From the sequence record MT478991.1: a stretch of 64,000 bases of DNA. The stretch is one strand, 5' to 3'. The notes below the pieces were generated by a model that was not told the origin of the DNA, made no database searches, and saw only the letters and a list, made by a program, of their open reading frames with translations. The DNA is from Escherichia phage vB_EcoM_011D4. Position 1 is the first letter of the stretch, and the number at the start of each line of letters is the position of its first letter. Positions 27,134 through 36,403 of this stretch are shown piece by piece. The translations under genes and the position numbers were made by a program.

Positions 27134-27273
27134 TTAAGCGCCACCGACAACAGAATGAGAACTACACCAACATACATTGTGATCTCGGATAACTTTTCTG
27201 TTTTTGTTTTGTGTCCAGATAATCCGAAAACAACAACACCGACAATAGCGGACAGCAAGCCAACGATAAACAT
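27130..27273 (-). CDS. Possible small membrane protein (47 aa)
   Basis: MFIVGLLSAIVGVVVFGLSGHKTKTEKLSEITMYVGVVLILLSVALK: two hydrophobic helices; stop overlaps the next ATG; no clear RBS; below ORF-track threshold. Confidence 0.3.
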   Translation of the reverse strand: MFIVGLLSAIVGVVVFGLSGHKTKTEKLSEITMYVGVVLILLSVALK

Positions 27274-27280
27274 GATGATA

Positions 27281-27457
27281 CTAAGCACCGTCTTTCTCCT
27301 TTTTGCGTTTTTCTTTACCCGCTACACTAGGTCCACGATTGGTAATAGATCCGCTCGTTTCACCTGCTGCGATCTTCTCAGGATTGCCGCCAGCATCGCC
27401 AGCGGTCATATCTTCTTTGAGTTTATTTTCTTCAACAAACTGTTTAAAGCCAATCAT
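27281..27457 (-). CDS. Possible small ORF (58 aa)
   Basis: ATG overlaps the upstream stop; fills the 180-nt gap; Gly/Lys-rich, low complexity; below ORF-track threshold. Confidence 0.25.
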   Translation of the reverse strand: MIGFKQFVEENKLKEDMTAGDAGGNPEKIAAGETSGSITNRGPSVAGKEKRKKEKDGA

Positions 27458-27831
27458 AGAATAATCTCTTTCAGTAAGTCAACAATCTGGTCTTTCGTCA
27501 GTTTATCCTGATTCTCTACAATCTTGATAACACAAGCGTTAACATCTTTTCGAGTCACGCGGGAGATCGTTTTAATCCGGTTAAATGGTTCGTAGAAATA
27601 CACTGCTTCATTATAGAGAGCGGATACTTTACGACGCATTTGATCTTTATCTGACAAGAAAACAATTGCTGTTTTATGACCTTCTACACCCGCCACGTTA
27701 TATAGTTCAGCAACACCCCAGCGACCGTTAGGTTCAATCATTCCGGCGTGTTTACCGTCGATAAAAATAAGAATATCTCCGTTGAATGCGGTTTTGAATG
27801 CTACATCTTCCGGCGTAATCATATTTTTCAT
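27454..27831 (-). CDS. Hypothetical protein (125 aa)
   Basis: ORF between gp41 and gp61. Confidence 0.45.
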   Translation of the reverse strand: MKNMITPEDVAFKTAFNGDILIFIDGKHAGMIEPNGRWGVAELYNVAGVEGHKTAIVFLSDKDQMRRKVSALYNEAVYFYEPFNRIKTISRVTRKDVNACVIKIVENQDKLTKDQIVDLLKEIIL

Positions 27832-27861
27832 AATATAGTCTCCTTAGAGTTTCATTATAGA

Positions 27862-28497
27862 TCAATCGAATGTAGAAAGCAACTGTTTTGTTTCTTTCAG
27901 TTGTCGTTCAAGATTTTTGCGTTTCTCTTTAAGTTGCATTTTAGCATTATTTCGCTCTCTTGTAACCTCTTTATCAATGCTCTTATTCCAGTTATCAATA
28001 TCAGAATAAGTTGGCATACCCAATTCTAGACCTAATGCGGTTGGATGCAGGGTAACAGTCCATAAACCGCTAATCTTCTTAAATAGGTCGGGGTGTAGTG
28101 TACTACCTACATCTTCCGGTGTCAACTCTTTTTCTTCTTTCAGTGGTGGGGTCTCGTCATATGGTTCCAGTGCATTTACTTTAATATCAGATACCTCATC
28201 AAAGAATCCGCGTACATCCGCAGGAAATACACAAGCAATTTCCCAACCGTGTTCACGCAGAGAAGTAATATTTTTCACACCCCCGCCATGTGTGATGATT
28301 GATGTGACATTGCCATCAAGGTCCACCGAATTTACGAGAAATGGCTTATCGTCTGTCAGATCATTATAAAACTGTGCTTCGGCTGTAGTCATCTCCAGAA
28401 ACAGATCTCGGATCGGACGACCATCAGGTGCGTTACCTTCCTTGAGAGTATAAAAGCGACTTACGATCCATTTTGGCGGTAAAGCATTAGCGATCAT
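27862..28497 (-). CDS. Hypothetical protein (211 aa), C-terminal coiled coil
   Basis: ORF downstream of gp41; a GCGCCC-CGCA-GGGCGC hairpin lies in the 41-to-ORF spacer. Confidence 0.45.
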   Translation of the reverse strand: MIANALPPKWIVSRFYTLKEGNAPDGRPIRDLFLEMTTAEAQFYNDLTDDKPFLVNSVDLDGNVTSIITHGGGVKNITSLREHGWEIACVFPADVRGFFDEVSDIKVNALEPYDETPPLKEEKELTPEDVGSTLHPDLFKKISGLWTVTLHPTALGLELGMPTYSDIDNWNKSIDKEVTRERNNAKMQLKEKRKNLERQLKETKQLLSTFD

Positions 28498-28547
28498 GTT
28501 ATATCTCCTATCAAATCATTCACCAGCGCCCCGCAGGGCGCATTTTA

Positions 28548-29960
28548 TTAGAAAGTCATGTTATTTGCTAGCTCGTCGAGTTTTTCTCGTTTCTCGGCTT
28601 GCTGTGCGCTTTGTGGTTTAACTTGTGCATTCTCCTGATCTGCGATCTGGTTTGGTACTTCATACCACCGCTGATTGCCTTTTTTCACACCAACGTTAAA
28701 CCGTGAATAATAGTTCTTATCACCGTAACGAGACTTGATCTGCTTCATGAGTTGGACGCCCATTTTAGCCAGGTCTTCGGTTTCGATAACACCCAACATA
28801 AAGTCGGCAGTAGCCGGAAGACCTGCTGATTCAGCGGTATCACTCATGTTAAGGTCTGACGCATCCCAACCAGCGCGGGTAGTCTGTGCCGCAGTCCAAC
28901 CGACAACATCCCACTTAACAAAAAATCCTCGCAGTTCTTCCGCAATCGCCTTAACTAGTGTGTAACTATTCTCAGAGTATACACGCAAGCGAGACGATGC
29001 GCAAATCCCCAGATAGTCAACAATCACAACATCAGGTTTAAACTGTTTCTTGAGTCGCAATTCATTCATTAACGCCTCAAAGTGATTGGAGTTCGCGCCA
29101 CCAGTAGGATACTGCTTGATCATCAATTTTCCAACCGGACGATCTCCGATCTTCTTATTCTTAACACGCTTCATGCGTGCGGAATATTCCGCAAAAGAAA
29201 CATTACCATTATCCAATTCATCTAATGTAATGTCAAGCAAGTTTGCGTCGATACGTTTGGCTACGACATGCTCTGCCATCTCCATTGAGATATACAATAC
29301 ATCATAACCACATTCCATATAATCCGCAGCAAGAGAACACAAGCCCAATGATTTGCCAACGTTTACACCAGCAAGCAACACATTTAGCGTTTTTCTTTCT
29401 GCCCCTCCTTTCGTGATTTTATTCAACATCGGCAGCTTAAACGGGATCTTATTCGCCTTAGTCTGATATAGCAAGAATCGTTTTTCAAAGTCATTAAACC
29501 AGTCATGACCTACATCAGAATCAAACGTAATGGATAGTGCTTCCTGCATGATCTCAGGAATAGCACCCTCACTCGGCAATTTCTTATTCTGTTTCTCTTT
29601 TGGTAGTTGTGCGTTCGCCTGAATCTCTAGCGCCCGTGACATTGCATTATACATAGCGCGGTCACGAATAAATTTTTCGGTTTCCTTCATTAACCAATCA
29701 AGGTCTTCCGGTGTATTCTCAAGCGAATCGAGAAGAGTTTTAGCCCCTTCATATGTTGTCTGATTGCCTCTCTCCTTGTCTAAAGCAATCTGTAATGCTG
29801 TTGGCGTAGGAATATTGGAATATTCGTCTACGTGCTTTTTAATCAGCTTATAAATCAGTTTTTCTTCGTCTTCGGTGAAGTAGTCCGCTTTAAGGTGAGG
29901 CCATACATTCGTAAAGAATGCGCTATTGTAAATCAACTGTGAAAAGATAGTTTTAATCAT
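28548..29960 (-). CDS. 41: Replicative DNA helicase (gp41, DnaB-like)
   Basis: 470 aa; Walker A LLAGVNVGKSLGLC; blocks VLYISMEMAE, KRIDANLLD, IVDYLGIC, AESAGLPATADFMLGVIETE match gp41 as recalled. Confidence 0.9.
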   Translation of the reverse strand: MIKTIFSQLIYNSAFFTNVWPHLKADYFTEDEEKLIYKLIKKHVDEYSNIPTPTALQIALDKERGNQTTYEGAKTLLDSLENTPEDLDWLMKETEKFIRDRAMYNAMSRALEIQANAQLPKEKQNKKLPSEGAIPEIMQEALSITFDSDVGHDWFNDFEKRFLLYQTKANKIPFKLPMLNKITKGGAERKTLNVLLAGVNVGKSLGLCSLAADYMECGYDVLYISMEMAEHVVAKRIDANLLDITLDELDNGNVSFAEYSARMKRVKNKKIGDRPVGKLMIKQYPTGGANSNHFEALMNELRLKKQFKPDVVIVDYLGICASSRLRVYSENSYTLVKAIAEELRGFFVKWDVVGWTAAQTTRAGWDASDLNMSDTAESAGLPATADFMLGVIETEDLAKMGVQLMKQIKSRYGDKNYYSRFNVGVKKGNQRWYEVPNQIADQENAQVKPQSAQQAEKREKLDELANNMTF

Positions 29961-30274
29961 ACATAGCCCCCAACTACACGCATAACAAAGGTCTTGAGTT
30001 TATACCAGAAAGTTTCTTTTTTCAACTTTTCTTCTGCTTCTTTGATCTGCGCGGTTAACGCCTTAATGACGTGTGGATATACCACATCACGATCTGACGG
30101 CGTGGAGTAGTCGACCACAATACCTTTAGTGTCTGGATCGTATTCAACATTATGAATATAGACAATATGATGTTCTCCCTCTTCATCAACAATTATCAGT
30201 TCCTGAATAACTGTCTTCATTGCTTCTTGAATCAAGCCGTGTGCTTCTTCTAAACTTGTTGGTTTCTTATCCAT
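29957..30274 (-). CDS. gp40-like protein (positional)
   Basis: 105 aa between uvsX and gp41 as for T4 gene 40; hydrophobic C-terminus; stop overlaps the gp41 start. Confidence 0.45.
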   Translation of the reverse strand: MDKKPTSLEEAHGLIQEAMKTVIQELIIVDEEGEHHIVYIHNVEYDPDTKGIVVDYSTPSDRDVVYPHVIKALTAQIKEAEEKLKKETFWYKLKTFVMRVVGGYV

Positions 30275-30290
30275 AATATAATCCTCTCTA

Positions 30291-30319
30291 GATATGAAAA
30301 AGGGGCATGTAGCCCCTTT
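30291..30319 (-). terminator. Hairpin terminator downstream of uvsX
   Basis: - strand AAGGGG-CTACAT-GCCCCTT followed by TTTCAT. Confidence 0.5.
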
Positions 30320-30329
30320 ACTACCATTG

Positions 30330-31400
30330 TTATGCTAACATATCTTCGATTTCTTTGTCAACTGCTTCGTCGCTGATCACTTGTCCCAGCTTATAATGAT
30401 CGTTGATTGCTTCGTTAAACTTATCGTTTGTCAGAAGTGGTTTCCAGAACTCAATACTATTGGTTTCTTTAGCACGGAACTTGCGTTCTTCGGTTTCCAT
30501 CTCTCCGGTCTCAATATTCAGGATTGAACGAGAATACCAGCCGTTTGACGGTTTCACTACCCAGCCTAACTCTACAGCCAACTCCAGCAAACCGGAATAA
30601 GGATCGATGCCACCGCTAAATGTTACGCTAATCGGGAACTTAGATTTTTCTTTAACGGTTCGTGATTTTTCCGCATTCAGGATAAAATCATAACCAGTAA
30701 TTTCGGTTCCTTCTTTCTGCTGACGACGACCAATAATGAAAACTTCATTGGCTGAATACATCGCGCCCGTACCGCCGGACATAACGGTCTTACTAAACAT
30801 TTCTTGCGTTTCGTAAGTGTGGTTAATAGCGATGCACGGGATATCATTCATAGTCAGATACGGCGTAACCATACGGAACAAGCCTTTAAGTGCTTTAGCT
30901 CGCGTCATATCCTGTGCGGATTTCTCATTAATCGCGTCTTCAACTTCTTTTTTACTTGCTAAGTTACCGATTGAGTCAATAAAGATGATCACTTTATCTT
31001 CACGGGTAATTTGCTCAAGCTGGTTCATGATTTCAAATTTAAGTTCTTCGATGTTCTTGATTGGAACATGCACCACGCGATCAGGATCTACACCCATAGA
31101 TTCAAGATAAGCGGGTGTAATACCGAACTCAGAATCAAAGAACAAACACGCCGCATCAGGATTCTGTTTCATGTATGCGCTAACGCAAGTTAATCCCATG
31201 TTTGATTTAAAGTGCTTAGATGGACCAGCAAAGAAAATCAGACCAGATTGAAAGCCCTTTTTAAGATCACCTGAAAACGCAATATTCAGCATCGGGATCT
31301 TAGTGCGAGTATTTGTTTTTTCGTTAAAGAAGCTGGATTTAGACAGTACCGCAGTAGTTTTCAGGGTAGAGTTCTTTTTCAGTTTTTCCAGTACAGACAT
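30330..31400 (-). CDS. uvsX: UvsX recombinase (RecA-like)
   Basis: 356 aa; P-loop FFAGPSKHFKS; blocks LFFDSEFG, DSIGNLASKKE, MYSANEVFIIGRRQ typical of UvsX/RecA; next to gp40/41. Confidence 0.9.
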   Translation of the reverse strand: MSVLEKLKKNSTLKTTAVLSKSSFFNEKTNTRTKIPMLNIAFSGDLKKGFQSGLIFFAGPSKHFKSNMGLTCVSAYMKQNPDAACLFFDSEFGITPAYLESMGVDPDRVVHVPIKNIEELKFEIMNQLEQITREDKVIIFIDSIGNLASKKEVEDAINEKSAQDMTRAKALKGLFRMVTPYLTMNDIPCIAINHTYETQEMFSKTVMSGGTGAMYSANEVFIIGRRQQKEGTEITGYDFILNAEKSRTVKEKSKFPISVTFSGGIDPYSGLLELAVELGWVVKPSNGWYSRSILNIETGEMETEERKFRAKETNSIEFWKPLLTNDKFNEAINDHYKLGQVISDEAVDKEIEDMLA

Positions 31401-31411
31401 TATTAATACCT

Positions 31412-31600
31412 CTATTCAGTTAATCCGTAATACTTTAATTGCTTCATTGTTATTCGATCTTTGTAGTGCTCTTGAATTAACTTTTTCATCGCACCAACAT
31501 CGATCGTCACAAATACTTCGTTGCTGTGATTTCCGTGAACTTTCTTGAAATGCTCTATGCCTTCCTCACGTTCACGTTTAATCTTTTCAATGTCTCTCAT
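31412..31600 (-). CDS. Hypothetical protein (about 62 aa) in the uvsX-43 interval
   Basis: Only ORF between uvsX and gp43; track start is GTG; first ATG at 31600 has a weak RBS. Confidence 0.35.
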   Translation of the reverse strand: MRDIEKIKREREEGIEHFKKVHGNHSNEVFVTIDVGAMKKLIQEHYKDRITMKQLKYYGLTE

Positions 31601-31644
31601 CGTATATTTCTCACGTTGGCGGGTATCGTCACCCAACACCCGCC

Positions 31645-31672
31645 ATTATACACACTTTATCTTAAATGTCAA
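31645..31672 (-). promoter_or_regulatory. Sigma70-like early promoter (TTGACA-N16-TATAAT) overlapping the gp43 3' end
   Basis: - strand TTGACAtttaagataaagtgtgTATAAT; a GGCGGGT...ACCCGCC inverted repeat follows in the leader. Confidence 0.55.
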
Positions 31673-34340
31673 ACAGGTCCGTAAGCGATGCCACTTTTTC
31701 ATATTGCAGCTTTGCAGCCGTGGTAATATTCTCCAGTGGTTTAACGAAAGTCTTATTAAACAACAAAGGCCAGTCTAACCACTTTAACACCTCGCTTTCA
31801 ATTTCTGGTGGAATACGAGTACCAGACAACCAACCAAAACAGATTTCTCCAAACGGATTTCGATCTTTGAGCGGTACGATCATAACTTTCTCGCCCTCAC
31901 GAATCGGATCTAGTCCAAATTTTCGAGCATTACGATTATAACACAATACGCTCTTAACCGCATACGGACAACCCTTAATCGGATACCCGTTTGAATCGCT
32001 GTATTTCTGTAGGTTGTTTGCAGATGACACCGCAGCAACCTCAAGATAGTCAAGTTTTCTAAATTCTTGCTCAAAAATACCGTAGTATTCCTGCAATGAC
32101 TCTTCACCTTCCTGCAACATACGACGAATACATTCTTTCAGTGATTTCTGACATGCTTTAGGCGTAGAGCTACGTTGCGTTTCCAAGCCCATGATTTTTA
32201 GCTTAGGTTCAGCAAAGCGCGTTCCTTCCATATCCCAAACATTAAGAGCATAACGCTTTTTACCAGTCCAGAATCCACCGATACCCGCAGATTTCAACGG
32301 AGGACCAGCAATTGCTTCACGGTCCATAAACATCAAGTGCTCATAGTTGTTCATGTACTCGCACAACTCTCGATATCCTTTGTCGATAATCGGTTCCATT
32401 CGATGTTTACCGAAATTATCAAGGAAGTCAACAAGTTTTTCGGTATCGTCGAAACGATCTTCCCCGCCAACCTTATCAACAACATTGTTAACCAGCACAT
32501 AAACGGAGTCAGTATCACAATAACGAACATATGCAAAATCAGTTGTTCCGCAAAGCTCGTTTAAGTATTCGTTAATCTTACGCTCAATCCACTGAATTGC
32601 AAGCTGACCAAACAGTGTGATCGCACTAGCGTTACGGAGATCATAAAAGCGGAATTTAGGATTCCCCAACGCACCATAAAGGGAGTTGATCAAAACTTTA
32701 CGAGAAAGCTGGTTTGTATTGCACAAGATCGACTCGTCTTTACATTCTTCCAGCAATTTTTCTAGGGTATCTTTGCTTAATTCCAAAAGCATAGATTTAA
32801 ACGCTTCATCGAAGTCATGACGCACTTCAACGCTATAGCTAATGGTTCCCCCATAAACATGATTTTCATCGTGTAGAATCGCTTTACATAGTTCAGCATT
32901 GCGATCACATGCCAACATCATGTTTTTGTACTGCTTACGCTGATCGAATACCTTTTTAATCTCAATCGGTACGATACCATGAATATCTTTTCTATACATC
33001 CATCCGTTAGGCGAGCAAGAATACTCATCACTCGGACGTGGTGCAGTTTTATTGATATACTCGTGCATCGGTGCAGCATCAAAAGATCCAGCGATAGTTT
33101 CGGGTGAAATATTTACCTGCCTAATTATTGAAGGATACAAACTCGTGAGATCGAAGCTCATCATCCAACGGTAAGCATTCGGCACAGGTTCTTTTACAAA
33201 TGCGCCTGGATACGTCTGCTTAGGCTGTATCTTATTTTCCGGTACTACTTTACCCTCTGCTTTCAGAGATCCGAAGATAATAGCATCCCATACTTTCATC
33301 GGATTATAAACATGGTTAAATTTAATCTTTGCATAGAAACATAGGCTATACACCAGATCAATAAAACCACGCTTTTTATCAATCGCCAGCACACGGTCAA
33401 CGTCGCCGATGTTATAATCGATGTAAAGTTGATGGTTGTCATCACGCAATTTCTTTAATGGACCATCATAATCAACCTTACCGATTCCTGTCTCATATTC
33501 AGCAACATAATCTAATGCATATGTTGGTTGAGTCGTAAAGCTAAATTTCTTGTACAGGTCAATATAATCAAGGCTTTCGATCCCCATGATCGTAAATGCT
33601 TCACGCTCGTTGCCAAAATCATCCTGTGAGATTCGGGATTTAATCTTACCGCACGGGCTTAATCGGTTTGCCGTTCGACTTCCAAACTTATTACTGATAC
33701 GCTTAATGATATATGGAATATCGAATGTTTCTGTGTTCCAGCCAGTGAAGCCAACTGGTCGGTTTTCCTCAAAGAATCGGATGTATTCTAATAGCAATTC
33801 ATCTTCTGTATCATAGACGTTATAAACAACGCGCTCTACAATATCAGGTCGAAGAATAGATTTGCTTGCTTCCCAGATTTCACCGTTCTTTCCTTTCAAA
33901 TCAAATACAAAGAAACGATCATGTACGGAATCATAATGCGTAATTGCATCGATAGGATATTTCGCTTCTTCTGGTTTAGGAAATTCTGGGGCAGTGACCT
34001 CAATATCAACCCACGCTACACGGATTTTATTTCGGTCATATCGAATCTCGCCTTTATATGTATCGGACAGATAGGAGATGATAAAATCATCCATCCCTAG
34101 TGCCTCTTGCCCCATTTCCCCCATCTTTTTACGCCATTTGTTGGCCTCGTTCATAGATGGGAATTTTTTAGCAATGCAAGGCTTGCCATAGATATCTTTA
34201 TAATTCGTAACCATACCAGGCGCGGCATGATGAAATAAAGTTGGCGTATATTCAACGTAACGCTCTTGTTCTTGTCCAGCATCATCAATATAACGCTCGT
34301 AGATCTTATCACCTACTCGCTCACATGACAGAAAATACAT
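31662..34340 (-). CDS. 43: DNA polymerase (gp43, family B)
   Basis: About 892 aa; long blocks match T4 gp43 as recalled (FPSMNEANKWRKKM, YPIDAITHYDSV, MSFDLTSLYPSIIRQVNISPETI, DEYSCSPNGWMY, INSLYGALGN, YCDTDSVYV, GKKRYALNV). Start at ATG 34340 with AAGGAG RBS. Confidence 0.95.
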   Translation of the reverse strand: MYFLSCERVGDKIYERYIDDAGQEQERYVEYTPTLFHHAAPGMVTNYKDIYGKPCIAKKFPSMNEANKWRKKMGEMGQEALGMDDFIISYLSDTYKGEIRYDRNKIRVAWVDIEVTAPEFPKPEEAKYPIDAITHYDSVHDRFFVFDLKGKNGEIWEASKSILRPDIVERVVYNVYDTEDELLLEYIRFFEENRPVGFTGWNTETFDIPYIIKRISNKFGSRTANRLSPCGKIKSRISQDDFGNEREAFTIMGIESLDYIDLYKKFSFTTQPTYALDYVAEYETGIGKVDYDGPLKKLRDDNHQLYIDYNIGDVDRVLAIDKKRGFIDLVYSLCFYAKIKFNHVYNPMKVWDAIIFGSLKAEGKVVPENKIQPKQTYPGAFVKEPVPNAYRWMMSFDLTSLYPSIIRQVNISPETIAGSFDAAPMHEYINKTAPRPSDEYSCSPNGWMYRKDIHGIVPIEIKKVFDQRKQYKNMMLACDRNAELCKAILHDENHVYGGTISYSVEVRHDFDEAFKSMLLELSKDTLEKLLEECKDESILCNTNQLSRKVLINSLYGALGNPKFRFYDLRNASAITLFGQLAIQWIERKINEYLNELCGTTDFAYVRYCDTDSVYVLVNNVVDKVGGEDRFDDTEKLVDFLDNFGKHRMEPIIDKGYRELCEYMNNYEHLMFMDREAIAGPPLKSAGIGGFWTGKKRYALNVWDMEGTRFAEPKLKIMGLETQRSSTPKACQKSLKECIRRMLQEGEESLQEYYGIFEQEFRKLDYLEVAAVSSANNLQKYSDSNGYPIKGCPYAVKSVLCYNRNARKFGLDPIREGEKVMIVPLKDRNPFGEICFGWLSGTRIPPEIESEVLKWLDWPLLFNKTFVKPLENITTAAKLQYEKVASLTDLFDI

Positions 34341-34372
34341 AATATAAACTCCTTCACTTACGAAAGACACTC

Positions 34373-34401
34373 ATTATAGGGGAATCGACTTAGTTTGTCA
34401 A
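34373..34401 (-). promoter_or_regulatory. Sigma70-like early promoter for gp43 (TTGACA-N17-TATAAT)
   Basis: - strand TTGACAaactaagtcgattccccTATAAT about 30 nt upstream of the gp43 start; flanked by an imperfect inverted repeat. Confidence 0.6.
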
Positions 34402-34422
34402 TACCCCTATCCCATCAGTATC

Positions 34423-34785
34423 TTAGCGTCCGATCTGATATTTCTCGATCAGCGTCCACTCTTCTTTCTGTTTAAAAGACAGTACACGGAAATTATTAAC
34501 TTCGGTAGTTTCAAAATCACTATCAATCAGGGTACACAGATTCCACTGCGCCAGAAGTTTTGCAATGTTATTGCGGCGTAATTCATCTTCCCACGTCATT
34601 TTAACACTACGACCATCTAATTTCAACAACTCCTTGAAATGAACGATGTAATAGCGCCCTTTCTTCTGGAGAATATGACAAGACTGATACAGTGTCTTGT
34701 CTCGATTGTTGGCAATGCCGCAGCGGGTTAAAGTTTCCTTAATTTTAAGGAAGTTTTCAGGACTAATCAAATTAATTTCAATCAT
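34423..34785 (-). CDS. regA: Translational repressor RegA
   Basis: 120 aa; blocks KETLTRCGIANNRDKTLYQSCHILQKKGRYYIVHFKEL and NNFRVLSFKQKEEW match T4 RegA as recalled; adjacent to 62/44/45. Confidence 0.85.
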   Translation of the reverse strand: MIEINLISPENFLKIKETLTRCGIANNRDKTLYQSCHILQKKGRYYIVHFKELLKLDGRSVKMTWEDELRRNNIAKLLAQWNLCTLIDSDFETTEVNNFRVLSFKQKEEWTLIEKYQIGR

Positions 34786-34786
34786 T

Positions 34787-35365
34787 TTACCACCTTTCTA
34801 TAATCTTTTTAAGTCGTTTCCTTTCTGTCTGATTCTTAGTAACACCCGCCAAAAGTTCATCGGTCGCATACGGTTTAATGTGCTTCAATAACTTGTCCAT
34901 ATATCCCTTTTCATTAGCCAAATCGAGATAAAACCGGGCGTCATCCATATTTACACAATATGCTTTCGCCACTGCCGTTAAAACCAATTTTTGGTCCAAT
35001 TCTTCTGTTAGTTTAGCCCATTTACCGTATCGTTTCCCCTTAGAAATACTCTGTAAGAGATAATCAAAATGCATTTGATCTGGGAGGCCATGACCGATTA
35101 AATTCATCACATACGCGCTATATAGGCAATCTGCGTGCTGGGAAAGAGCGGTGTTAATCCATCTCTGGTTATATGCAGAATTGTTTCCCACATTAACGCG
35201 CTGTTTATCTAAGGTGATATGATCCATCAGAGCAAATAATGCATTGTCGGTTTTCTCGGTGAATGTATCCGCTAATTCAGACACCTTTTCCCAATCACGA
35301 GAGCGCCATGCAATTTCATGCTCGTTTAATTGTGTATCATCTTCACCGAAAAATTGACCTAACAT
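34787..35365 (-). CDS. 62: Clamp loader small subunit (gp62)
   Basis: 192 aa between regA and gp44, as for T4 gene 62. Confidence 0.7.
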   Translation of the reverse strand: MLGQFFGEDDTQLNEHEIAWRSRDWEKVSELADTFTEKTDNALFALMDHITLDKQRVNVGNNSAYNQRWINTALSQHADCLYSAYVMNLIGHGLPDQMHFDYLLQSISKGKRYGKWAKLTEELDQKLVLTAVAKAYCVNMDDARFYLDLANEKGYMDKLLKHIKPYATDELLAGVTKNQTERKRLKKIIERW

Positions 35366-36354
35366 TATACGAACTCCAATTCAACCATTAATTGCATTAA
35401 CAAAAAGACAATGTGAATCTCTTTATCAGCCGCGTGCGCAAACATCTGATTATTTTCACCGATGATCTCAGTGAGACGAATAATCGACGCTGGCTTAACT
35501 TGAGTATATAACTCATTATAAAGTTTCTTGACAAATTGAGCGTATGTATTGGTATATCGCGGTGCAAGTTTACGCACATTAGCAAACTGTTTAGTTTTAA
35601 GTGCTTCCACTACATCGGTTACTTCGGTATTGCTACTTTCGATAACCATGCTCAATACGCCAGCATCAATTTTACCGTGTTTTGCGTAACGGTCCAAGAG
35701 TTTCATTACGCGCCGGAAATCTGGGAAGTTCTGCTTAACCAGTTCCGCCAATACGCGCATTTCTTCTACTGGAACACCTTCTTTATCAAGAATTGCTTTA
35801 CACCGGACGATCATTTCTTTCATCATGCGAAGCTGATCATCTTTAGTCGGAGATCCAAACGTGATTGGATCAAATCGAGATCTCAACGCTGGGATAACAC
35901 CTTCTAGATCGTTTGCTGTGATAATGAAGGTCACATTGTTTGAGTATGCCTCAGAGAAACTACGCAAGTGTCTTTGAGCATCAGCCAGCCCCGCTCGGTC
36001 ATACTCATCGATAATAACAACTTTGCCTTTTTCTCGTTTTTCTTCATCGAGTGATACACTCTGCGCAAAGCGTGTAATCTCATCGCGGATAAAATCAATC
36101 TTACAATCTGCGCCGTTAACAAACAGATAATCAACACCAACATCTTCACAAAGCGCCTTAGCAACGGTTGTTTTACCAGTACCTGGCGATGGGCTATGCA
36201 GAATCATTGAAGGGATTCGGCCTTGCTTAACGATCTGCGCGAAGATCTTTTTATCTGCTTCCGGCAGAATACATTCAGAAATTGATTTCGGACGGTATTT
36301 CTGTTCCCACTGAAACTCATTTTCATTAACACTCAGCATATAATCACCTCTCAC
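35365..36354 (-). CDS. 44: Clamp loader large subunit (gp44, AAA+)
   Basis: 329 aa; Walker A SPSPGTGKTT; Walker B VVIIDEYDR; position between 62 and 45. Confidence 0.85.
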   Translation of the reverse strand: MRGDYMLSVNENEFQWEQKYRPKSISECILPEADKKIFAQIVKQGRIPSMILHSPSPGTGKTTVAKALCEDVGVDYLFVNGADCKIDFIRDEITRFAQSVSLDEEKREKGKVVIIDEYDRAGLADAQRHLRSFSEAYSNNVTFIITANDLEGVIPALRSRFDPITFGSPTKDDQLRMMKEMIVRCKAILDKEGVPVEEMRVLAELVKQNFPDFRRVMKLLDRYAKHGKIDAGVLSMVIESSNTEVTDVVEALKTKQFANVRKLAPRYTNTYAQFVKKLYNELYTQVKPASIIRLTEIIGENNQMFAHAADKEIHIVFLLMQLMVELEFV

Positions 36355-36364
36355 AAATTACATC

Positions 36365-36391
36365 ATTAAAAAGGGGAGTTTTATACTCCCC
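36365..36391 (-). terminator. Hairpin plus T-run between gp45 and gp44
   Basis: - strand GGGGAGT-ATAAA-ACTCCCC followed by TTTTTAATG. Confidence 0.45.
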
Positions 36392-36403
36392 ACAATCATT
36401 ATA

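Noticed and set aside
27155-27511. + strand ORF of 118 aa in the gp61-gp41 interval.
   Set aside because: Antisense to two plausible small - strand ORFs that show stop-start coupling with their neighbours; no RBS.
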